NCBI GenBank assembly: GCA_043228905.1
Contig: JBHGNT010000011.1
Span: forward strand, 11,718,001-11,782,000
Source of the DNA: Azolla caroliniana
Taxonomy: Eukaryota > Plantae > Polypodiophyta
Length of the DNA: 64,000 bases
Direction of reading: 5' to 3'
Shown: positions 38,001 through 48,700 of the stretch, one piece after another
Numbering within the stretch: the stretch's first letter is position 1
Layout: every line of letters begins with the position of its first letter
Position numbers and translations under genes: made by a program
Notes under the pieces: generated by a model
Databases searched by the model: none
What the model was told of the DNA's origin: nothing
Seen by the model: the letters and a program-made list of their open reading frames with translations, nothing else

Positions 38001-40612
38001 GATGTGCACCGGTCTCACCTCTTCCGTAGTTCCTAGATTTACCTCCTCTAGTTGGGATGCTTTAACCCGTTGCGATACGGCCATTTCTCTTTCCAGCACC
38101 TCTTCTGCTTGTCGTAGCTCCCGGATCACTTCTTTATTTGGTTCCTCGTCGGCTCTGTCTGGTGGCAGTATGTATGGTGATATGGCTTCGGCTACGTCAA
38201 TTTCGAACAGAGGTACGATCTTTGGATTATCTTGCAAGTATTGATCTACCTCTTCGTCTGCTAATCCGTCCAGCATATTGACGCATTCGGCATATAGGGG
38301 TGTCAATTCCTTCCCGGTACCCGTCCGTGGTTGTGTTGGTACCCATACTTTTGCTTTTCCCCGCAGGAAGGTGATTATATTCTTCCTCCAGTTTTGTTTA
38401 ATGTGCGTCGTTTTCAACCACGGCCGCCCCAACAATAGTGGGTAAGCTCCTTGTGTCTGTAGTTGTAGCACTACTGCCGAGATGCGAAATGTGTGGCCGT
38501 CGATCGTTACTTCCAAATCTCGTATCAAGCCGGTCGGTCGCACTGAGCTTGTATCCGCCATCCGCAGCCAGAACGGGCATGGTTCCCACTCTTGGATTCC
38601 CAAGGTTTTGCACGTTCGGAGGCTAATCACATTGACGCCGGATCCTCCATCTATTACTGTTCCGGGTAACTCCTTTCCCTTCATGATGGCTATGATCGCC
38701 GGACTGTTTGTGTCTATTACCGCCGGTCCCTCCTCCAGATTTGAGAAGAATGTTGGAGCCGGTGGTGTTTCTCCTGTCGTTATGCCTGTCTTGAGTCCTT
38801 CTGTGAATCTGGGCACTAGCTGCAGGAGCCGTCCTAATGGCAGCATGATTTGGCATTCTTGCAATGCCTGCCATATCGCATTTTCGAGCTGACTGCCGCC
38901 GGTGAGCTCTTCGGTATTATCCTTTTGCTGCGCAAGCTCTGCCATGTTTCGTGCATACGCTTTTTTTACCCATTCCGTTGCCTGCTTGCGGATGGCCTCT
39001 TGCGCCTCCCATTCCGTTGCCTTACCCTTCGATCTTGTGGTTACCTGCTGCAGGTCTGCGACTTCGGCGACTACCATGTTCACCGCCGGTCGTTTATCAT
39101 AGCTCTTTGCCGGGCATTGATTACTATAATGTCCTTCTTGTCAGCAATAGTAGCAATATGCTTTCTGGGTAGTGCTGGATTCGGCGTTGTTTCCTGTCCC
39201 CGGTGGAGGACCTGTCTGTCGTAAGCTTCCCGTCGTTGGTTGTAACTGGGGGATTGGTCCTGATTGTATCTTCCATACCGTCCATTATAATCCCGGTACC
39301 GATCATATCTATCATACCGGTCAGGGTTGTCCCTGTACCAGACATCTTGTGCCGGTCGGTATCGCTCTTCTCGCCTCCAACGTTCTTCTTCCTCCTCCTT
39401 GGTACTCCGTGGTTCGATTTGCCAAACCGGTGGTGCTTGGCGATTCAACAAATTGTACTCGCACTGCTCCATTCTGTGGTTCCTAGAATGGCACAGTAGA
39501 CATTGCGACCGCATGGTACATTCTAGTGCCAAGTGTTCGGCATTTAGGCATGTTGTGCATTGGATGGCCTGTCGAAACCGGAGATCCTCATCGGTTGGTA
39601 ACGCTCGTTGGAGTGTTCCCATTGTTAGCCAAGAGCTTGTTCTCACCATTTCTCTAACCCGGTCGATGACCTAGTCGACGGTACTTGTGCGAAAGTCGAT
39701 GACCGTGCATACCGTCCGTAGAGGTTCCCGGAGCACGGCTAAGAATATAGCTTGTGTTTCTTCCTCCGAAGGTGTTCGGGTAAGCTGACTGTGCATCCGT
39801 TGAAACCGGATGACAAACTGCGGAATGCTCTCCCCAGGGTCCTGCCGGATGGTATAAAATAGGCCCACCATTTCTCTCTAGTCCACCTCCTTCTCAAAGA
39901 AGTGCAAGAATTTAGCTTTCAGGTTCGCAAAGGTGGTGATTGTGCTAGGGTCCTGCATCCGGTGCCATTTGGCAGCTGGTCCTTCCAATGTCACGCCGAA
40001 TTCGGCTATCTTAGATCGTTCCTCTTCGGTTGCGGTTAACCGTTGTGACACATGGTTCGCCTCCCATGTTTGTTGAAAAGCGTGAACATGAGCCTCCGCG
40101 TCCAAGTCATCCCTATACTTGGGGTACTGGAACGACATGTCGTCGTCCGGTGTTGGTGCGCGGGCTGGCGGTGTCGGTGGTCTTTCCTGCTTTTCCGTCG
40201 GCGTCAGAGGTCGTTGTTGGTCCTCTATCAGATTCGGAGGTCTTTGCCGGTCCTCTTTCGGTGTTGCCGGCTCGACTTCCGATGTCAGAGGTCTTTCTTT
40301 GTCCTCTTCCGTCTCCGGAGGTTGCTCTACGTCTAGTGTCGGAGGTTCCCGATATGACAATTCTGGTTCCGGTGTTGGTAATGTATCCAACTCCTCGTCC
40401 TCCGGTCCTCCTAGGGTGTCGTTACTGCTGCGATAATTCGTGTGCGCGCTGTAACCCCCTTCCGAATCCGATTCCAGCGCCGAAAATGCTTTGGATTCGC
40501 CGTCTCTTCCGACAAAGGCCTGGAGAAGGGATTCCGCTTCCCGGAGACTGCTTAAGCTACTTCCTTCGTCCGAGTAGGCGTTTTGTGGCAAATGGAGCGA
40601 CTCCTCCGCCAC
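35001..40612 (-). pseudogene. G1 gag-pol (gag with CCHC knuckles, protease, RT, RNase H, integrase), disrupted
   Basis: ORF pieces 39878-40612, 39080-39649, 37908-39083, 37533-37871, 36243-37502, 35460-36170, 35001-35441, separated by nonsense codons or frameshifts. Confidence 0.92.
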
Positions 40613-40802
40613 TTTCCGGATAACTTTGGAAAATGATCGATCCGATCGGATTTCTTCCGCCGCTTGCTAGAAAGCCTCTCGCCACCTTCGTCGTTCCGCA
40701 AGTCTTCGTGCTCTCTCCGTAACCGGGTCGTCTGTTGGCCTAGTCATCCATTCCCGCCACTGTTCACTGCAATTGTGCAGGAATTGTGGTCGCCAAAAAC
40801 TG

Positions 40803-41252
40803 TGTTAATCCTTAGGGCCGGACAACAGCCTAACGCAGGGTGTCCACTTAAGACACTTCACCAAAGGGTGTTACGGCGAGATAACTTACGACACAACGCT
40901 TAATTGGACCTTAATCGGTTACTTAGGAATACGTCATTAACACGCGTAAGATATACAATAAGCACAAAATGGTGAACAATACTCAATGATTAATCAAAAG
41001 GTTTATATTACTTTTGCGTTAATGACTGCATTGTAACTGGGCCTTTATATAGGTCACCGGTGCGAAGTACAAAACAGTGCCAACCGGCACCTATTCGAGA
41101 TCGGCCCGGATCCGGATCGGCATACCGATTCAGTCGGTCCGTCCACATATTAATATATTAAGAATAATAATTACAATAGATTCCCAAATAACAATTCCCC
41201 TTTTCACACTCTGGTCTGGACATCTTCTAGCTCTCTTGTCGGCCGGGTAACA
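40803..41252 (-). repeat. 5' LTR of G1
   Basis: Direct repeat of 23416-23865; followed on the minus strand by the PBS and gag. Confidence 0.95.
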
Positions 41253-42774
41253 AGTGGTAAAAAAAAGTATCCTGAACGAGGAGACAAGAAGGAAGGAAAA
41301 GGGTGTCCTATTCTAGTTAGAGGCAAATGTGGCACAACAGAGGAAGAAGCAAGTAGAGAAGTCCACAAAGGAGAGAAAAGTCTCATGCCAGGTCCAAGTC
41401 TAGAGGAAAGCTTACATGATTTTATGGTGGAAAACCTGGACACTTCCAAAAGGGTTGTCGACACCTTAAAAGGGAAAAAGGTGCTTCGACTGATGTTGAG
41501 AAAGATTTCTGAAGAGAAGGGCACTTTGGTCATGGTTACAAGCAAAGAAGAGCTTTTGTTCATTTGCGAGCAAGCAAATGCAAATCATACAAATGAAGAG
41601 TATACCTAGGTGATATACTTGGGTGCATCGTTCTATATAACTCCCTCAAGAGAGTGTTTCTCGTCTTACACAGCTAGTGACTACGGCCATGTAAAGATGG
41701 GAGACAATGGAGAGTGCAAGATAGCCGACATTGGAAGTGTATGCCTGACAACGTCGACTAGTTGTCGACTGACCCTGAGGGATGTTCGACATGTGCCATA
41801 TATCAAGTTGAATCTGATATCGACTGGAAGAATGGACGATGAAGGCCACAATGGTAGTTTTCAAAATGGCAAATGGAAGTTCTATCGGGGAAATCTCATA
41901 GTAGCCCGAGCACAAAAACATGGCACTTTGTACATGATGCATGCCAAGTTGTGCAAGGAGGAAGCAAACATGGCAGCCGACTCAAGTGGAGAGATATGGC
42001 ACAAGAGACTTGGCCACATGAGCAAGAGAGGCATGCATATCCTGGCCGACCAGAAACTTCTTCCAGAAGTAAAATGAGTGCACTTGGAGAGATGTGTCGA
42101 CTGCCTGGTTGGAAAACAAAACAAAGCTACATTCCACTCGAGACCACCAAAGAGAAGAGAAGTTGCACTAGAACTGGTACACACTGACATGTGTTACATG
42201 GATGCTCCATCGCATCGTGGTGGACTATACTTCATAACGTTCATAGACGACGATAGTCAAAAGTTTTGGGCTTTCGTACTAAAGTCAAAGGATCAAGTAC
42301 TATCGTTCTTCAAAGAATTCTAGGCCAGAGCTGAAAGAGAGTCAGGTCGAAAGCTGAAGTTTGTCTGAACCGACAATGGTGGCGAGTACAGATCACAGTT
42401 TGAAGAGTATTGCAAGTCCCAAGGTTTTCGACTCGAATACACAGTGCCTAAGACCCTTGAGCTTAATGGGCTTGTAGAGATGATGAATTGAACTATCATG
42501 GAAAGAGTGAGGAGCATGTTGTCGCATGCAAAGCTGCCGAAATCATATTGGGCTGAGGCAATGCACACAACTATTTATCTAATCAACCGGTCTCCCTCAA
42601 TGCCCCTGAAAGGTGATTTCCCATAGAGGGTGTGGACAGGCAAAGATGTCTCCTATCAACACTTGAAGGTGTTCGGATGTCTGGCATATATGCATGTAGC
42701 TAAGGATCAGAGGTCGAAGCTCGACAGCAAGTCGAAACCAAGCATATTCCTGGGGTACTCATAAGATGAATAAG

Positions 42775-43450
42775 AAAAATATCCTCCTCTGAAAAGGAGA
42801 GAAATGTTTTGACCTCCTTTATTATAACGTCCCTCCCTCCTTGGACTATAAAAGGAGGTGAGGGGCTCTTCTAAAGAGAGGAGTCGGGGTTTTGGTCTTC
42901 CTCACAACGTTAGGGCTTAGTTCCCTCTAGGGTTTATGGGTTCTACAGTGACTACGGTGCAAAGCCTCCCCTCGCGGTTGGGAGACCGAGAGCTCCCCGA
43001 CTGGTGGCTTGCCCGTGTAATCATCGTACCTCATTTGGTGTTGTCCTACTCGATGTCGCGTGTGTAATAAATCTTGTTATATATACGACTACAGTTATAC
43101 ATATCATGTGGTATCTATGTTTATTGTTCTCTCTCTCTTCCCACCAGAATCTGTGTGTGCGTGTACGCGTGTGTGTACCCTTCCCTCTCCCTATCCGTTG
43201 CATTCGGCACGGTTGAGATGACGACTAGGCCGGCGTCCTAGTCGGGGTGAACGACACCGACGAAGCTTGGCTCTCCCATCATCATTTCTCCCTAGTCTGA
43301 GACCCCGGTGGTCCCGTCCAAGCCGACTCGCAAGCCGCGGATTTCCGCAACATCCTTTGGTGAACCTGACGTGAAAGGGCGACAGGGGAGGACGAGGATG
43401 GAAGACGAAGACTTAATGTATGTCAACCTCATCGATATGAACATGCAGGT
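42775..43450 (+). mobile_element. Truncated G2-lineage gypsy: partial 5' LTR to 43352, tRNA-Trp PBS, leader
   Basis: TATA ctataaaagg; LTR end ..ccgcaaCA; tggtgaacctgacgtgaaag 43358-77 resembles the G2 PBS and leader; ends in (CAA)/(CA) microsatellite. Confidence 0.7.
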
Positions 43451-44058
43451 TCTTAACAACAACAACAACACACACACACACACACACACACACTAGAGAG
43501 GCTATGAGATGAATAACCCTTGCACTATGATATCACATAAATAATTAGAGAATATTGCTCTATGTATCATAATAGATTAAGTGAGTGGTGTATGTGTGTG
43601 GGCAACGTGGAGGAGAGAGAGAGAGAGAATTGAACACAAAAGCCAATAACATAATGAAAATGGAGAAAGATTAAATTAATGGATAAATAACTTTGATACA
43701 AGAGAGAGCAAGCTTGGATTAAATAGGACTTATAAACCTTGAACAAATATATAAGCAACACCCATTAACTTAGTCATACATGTTGACATGCTCATCATAG
43801 TTGGCTCAGGAATCATTTCAAACTTTGATTTCCTACATTTAAGAAACGAGGAATCATATGGTGGGAGTGTCATGTTTATGAAAGTGCTAATCGGAGTATT
43901 ATGTTCAAGATTTTATTTACACACTGACTTTTGGTGGAATACTTGAGCCATTTTAGTGCATAGTCATTTTGACTCGTGACAATGTCCCCATTATATGCTG
44001 CATTGTAAGACTATTTAACTTGGATATATATAAAATGAGAAATTCTTTAACACCATGA

Positions 44059-44130
44059 GTGGCTGTAGTTTAGTGGTTAGAATTCCACGTTGTGGCCGTG
44101 GAGACCTGGGCTCGAATCCCAGCAGCCACA
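44059..44130 (+). tRNA. trnH-GUG: tRNA-His (GUG), nuclear
   Basis: GTGGCTGTAGTTTAGTGGTTAGAATTCCACGTTGTGGCCGTGGAGACCTGGGCTCGAATCCCAGCAGCCACA: full cloverleaf, acceptor GTGGCTG/CAGCCAC, anticodon GTG, T-run downstream. Confidence 0.96.
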
Positions 44131-45344
44131 TCTAGTTATCGATGTGTTATCCGAGCTATTTGTTTTATTCTAGTTATTAGCTTACTTAACTAGCCCCATT
44201 TTTGCTTAAGATTTCTACACTTCTTTACCCTAAGCAAAAGGCACCTAAAAGTTAATGTTTCCTTTCGTGCATGCACTTTTTAGTCAATGTTCCATCCGAC
44301 TCTCATTCTCTCTTCCAAATGGTTAAATATGAGTCTTTGTTCCTTCTTGACAAGAAAAGGCTATATAATTAAAGATGCGGTTTAGGTGGCCGGTTTTTCT
44401 TCTCATCACTTGATGGAGAAATGTCTAGTTACCACACCGTGTTGCTTTATATTTGTTAGTGACAAAAAGAGTGTGATTTCAAAAAGTTCAAATATGAATG
44501 GGGAAAAGAATGCTTTTTAGGATTGGTAAAGGTGGATCACTTGTAAGTTAATAACACATTATTGTAGGTGGGTTCTCTGACGAGAAAGATGTGTAGATTG
44601 GATAAGCCTCAGAAAAAATATGCCAACAACACTAGAGTCGAAGAAGCATCAATTCTTCAACAAGGTATGCTAATGGTCGTGTCATGAGGAATATATAAGG
44701 TGGGCAAATCAACACTCGATTCGAGAATGGGCACTTTTCATGTAACACATAAAACGACAAACATTCAGATTTTCAATTCAGTTCACGGCTTGGACGCCCA
44801 CCCTTTCTAGGTCCTCCTATCCCACGAATATGTTTGCAGGGTTAATCAGGTCGGACAGAGGGGTGTATTCACTATACTGAAAGACGACCAAAGTCGCTTG
44901 CCCAAAAGCAAGCAACCCTCCGAACCGAAGTGGCGCCCTCCTTAGGAAAATACATGTGTGAGGGAGTAATAGGCATTCCAAAAAGAGACGTGGACCAGAC
45001 ATAATTTATTCGCAGGGAAGATGAAATTAGCTCAACTAGACAGGGGGGATCTAGAATCAGTTGGCGTGCTTTGAAAAGGTTACACCATATGTGTGATAGA
45101 TACAAACGGGGTTAATTAGAGAGCCATCGAGCAAAGGTTGGTTGGGATTGGCACTAGTAGTACGTGACATTGTCAGCTCTCGAGACAATTTCTCATTCCA
45201 GTCTCGACGCAAATATGTGTACGTGAGGAGGCTGGGGATTCATCCTCCATCACCACACATGGATTTCAAGGGTCTGAAAGGGACACGCCTCCAGCCCCCC
45301 AGTTGGGCTGAAAGCGAGCGATGAGTGCAGCTTGTGATCGATTC

Positions 45345-45554
45345 ATTCTCTTCTTCTTCTTCTTCTTCTTCTTCTTTGGTGGACACACACACACACATAC
45401 ACATACACACATACACACACGCTCATACACATACACGCATACACATACACGCACACACGCGCACATGCACGCACACGTACACACACGCACACACAAATGA
45501 AGTGCATCCATTTTTATTTGGTGGTGGACACCGGAGATCGGAAGAGGGGCACCC

Positions 45555-45593
<39 letters not shown>

Positions 45594-45600
45594 TTTTGTT
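45345..45600. repeat. Compound microsatellite (TTC)n, (CA/ACAT)n, (TTTA)n upstream of the UBC gene
   Basis: Directly visible. Confidence 0.9.
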
Positions 45601-45788
45601 TTTTTAAAAGGAAAAGAAAAAAAGGCCGAAAATATGTAACACACAAAAGCAATGGAGAAAGAAGGAAGGAAGGAAGTAGATTTGGAATCCTTCAAAAAAA
45701 CAAAACCAACTCCATTCAAAAATCAGAGATTAAGCAGAGTTTCGTTTTACCTTCTTCTTCTTCTTCTTCGTTTCTTCTGTGTGTGGTG

Positions 45789-48700
45789 ATGGCGTCCTCT
45801 TCTGCTCAGCTTCGCCTCATGTCTGATCTCAAGGCTATCTACAATGAACCTCCTGAGGCAAGTAATTAAGGGATCCCTCTCTCTCTCTCTCTCTCTCTTC
45901 CCCCCCCCCCCCCCCCCCCTTTTCCTCCGTGTTACTTATTTACTAATGTATTTGCAGTCTGTAGTTTTTTTCCTTCCAATTTCTTCCTTTTTTTCCCACA
46001 TTTCCAAATTTTATTATCGAATTGTAGGATATTTTCCTCTTCGCACTTTCTAGGCTTAAATTTCGCTATTCCTAATTATTTTTTTGCGACTTCTATTTTT
46101 TTCTGGGCGATCGCTAGGGTTGTTTTTTGAAAATTGCAGGTTGGGAGTTCGATTTGTTTTTTGGTAATTCTCTGATCTTTAGTGCGCAATAACCAGATTT
46201 TATTTTTGCAATTTGTAGCGGTTTATTTTTGTATTGTTTAATTTTTCTTTCGGTTCCTTAATTTTATGTCTTGTTTTCTAATGTTTCTTTGCAATTTCTA
46301 GGGTTTCTGTTTTGCAATGTAAGGTTTTCTCGGAGTATATAACTTTTTTTAGCAGTTTCTATTTTTCTTTTTATTCCAATTTCTACCGTTTTTGTTTTGC
46401 AATTGGTCTCCCTACTAGTTCTTTTGAATTTCAATGGGCTTCTTTTTGTTTTTCTGTGCCTTTTGTTTTTCTCTTCTTTGTGTTGCTAATTATTTTTACA
46501 ATTGGATTCTCTCTTTTTTTTATCACTATTTTAATTGATTGTAATGGGCTTTTTCTTTCATTCTTCAGTTTTCCATTTTGTTTTTGTCATAGCATTAATG
46601 ATTTTAGTTAATTAATCCTTCTCTTATTGGGATTCAATTGGGTTCTGATCGAAATTACTAATTTTAATGGGATTCCATCAATTCTTGCATTTCTTCCCGC
46701 TCTAGTTTGTGTTTTCCAATTTCTAATTTCATTTTTTTCAAGTAGTGTTTCCTTCTAATTAAACTAAGATTTTGTCCAATTTCTTGGTTATTATAATTAT
46801 TACCACTCTGAAATTGGATCCTCTCATAATTCTTTCACTTCACTTTTCTTCAGATTTCTTGTTGTTTTTCAATTGTTTGCAATTGTGTCAATTGGCTTCT
46901 CTTCTGATTCTCTTAGTTTAAATTCCTTCTTTTATGGACAGGGTTGTAGCGCAAGTCCATATGGTGATGAAAATCTGTTTGTGTGGAATGCTACAGTGTT
47001 TGGCCCTGAAGATACGCCATGGGAAGGTATTAACATCATTATTGTTATCTGCCATTTCTATGATTTTTTATTAAATTCTATCTCCATTGTGTTTAGGATT
47101 TTGTTTTTCGCTATCAGCTGAGTTTCTTACTCATGCATGAAATAATTGGAAATCATGAGAAAATACGAGAAAACATGTTTTTCTATTAGAGTTCTATTGG
47201 GCTTTGGTCCAATGGTGGGCTCAAATTTTGACCTGCATATTGTTATTATTAAAGGTGTTTCATAATATTTTTCTTCATTAATCGGCCGTTTCTTCCTTTC
47301 CTTTTCATGTATAAGAAAAAATAGGGTATTACAAGGAAAACATGTATCTGTCTGATTTTGTTTCCTTTTCCTTTTTCGCCCATGAAATAACTGGAAATTA
47401 GAGAAATCAAAGATATTATGTGTCACAAAGAATTGGTACTGGGTTAATGCTTGTACTTGTAGTAGATAGAATTAAACCATTAGAAGGAAATAGGTCTACT
47501 GACTATTCAATTGCTTCTATGGCTTTTTAGAAACGTTAGGTAAACCATTTTTTTCTATCACATTTGTTGATTGTCGAGTGAGGATTTTGTTTTAGTATTG
47601 CATTTATTTCAGCCAAATGTAGCAAGATTGGGAATCATTTCCAGGTGGAATATTCTCATTGCGGTTGATATTTGGAGAATGTTATCCTGAGAAACCACCA
47701 AAAGTGAGATTTACATCGGAGGTTTATCATCCAAATGGTGAGTTTTTAGTTACACTATTCCTTTTGATATCTTTTGTCTCTAAAATGTTTTTGTAAATAA
47801 ATAAAGCTGCAATTGTCATGCATATAATTTATTATTATGTTTACACAGATAACCCTAAATTAGGAGCCACTGATTAGCTAATGCTTAATATATGTTACGT
47901 ATAAATTGGGCAAAATTCATATATATTAATGACACTCTAACTACTTACTGTTGGCCTAAACGTTCATCAAACTTTCCATAACATTTAGTTCTTTTAGGCT
48001 AGTAAATCCTTAGCTGATTCCTCAAAGTTTTTTACTTAACCTTTAAAATTCTTGATCCTAAAAAATCTAAACGTGTCAAAAGACCTTGAAAAGTAGACAT
48101 TTGATTAAATCTCTTACCCATTCTTACTGACTATTGCTTGATTAAAATCAATCAATATACTATTAAGATGATAATCCTACACAAAATATGGTTTTAAGTG
48201 AGATTTGATTCTTGTTTAAACAAATTAAAATTAATGTTAATTCTGTTATTTTTACTCCAATTCTGACAATAATATATGTTTGTATTGTATTGCATTTAGT
48301 GTATAATGATGGTACGTTATGCATGGATATCATCCAAGATGCGTGGTCGCCTTGTCACAGTGTCTCGACAATTCTAACCTCCATCCAGGTAATTTCTTTT
48401 TTGGACCAAGCAGGCTTTGGTTTCCTACACATCCATACGATTCCAAAATTCTGTTGCCAGTTAATCTCATAATACTTCTACTGTGTTTGTTTCACACATT
48501 TGTGCATGATTCTAGGCCTTAATAATAACCATTTTTCTCCTTTTCTTGTGATGTGATTTAGTCTCTTCTCACGGATCCGAACGCCAAGAGCCCAGCAAAC
48601 CCTGAAGCTGCCTATTTGTATCAAACAGACATCAAGGCATACAACAGGTGGGAACTTTAGCCTAATCTCAAGAAATTGTATGATCTGCACACTACATGTA

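Larger units (their letters stand above)
23416..41252 (-). mobile_element. Full-length non-chromovirus Ty3/gypsy G1 (Athila/Tat-like), decayed, with extra 3' ORF; contains G2
   Basis: 450-bp LTRs 23416-23865 and 40803-41252 (~95% identical by eye); TSD agtgg 23411-15/41253-57; PBS TGGCGACCACA at 40795-40785; gag, PR (VIDGGSGVNVI), RT (YSFLDGFSGYNQI, VFLDDF), RH, INT (KWGLDFVGPF, GPY). Confidence 0.95.
21986..42770 (+). mobile_element. Decayed copia E (partial 5' LTR to ~22854, PBS, gag, PR, INT), host of a solo LTR and of gypsy G1
   Basis: PBS tggtattagagc 22858-69; gag MEGGVSGFPSMIVLNSHNYSDWKIKMEDLL; resumes at 41253 after G1; WHKRLGHMS, LELVHTDM, KLDSKSKPSIFLGY; ends ~42770 without RT. Confidence 0.88.

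Noticed and set aside
45266-45639. His/Thr- or Cys/Val-rich ORFs
   Set aside because: Translations of CA microsatellites.
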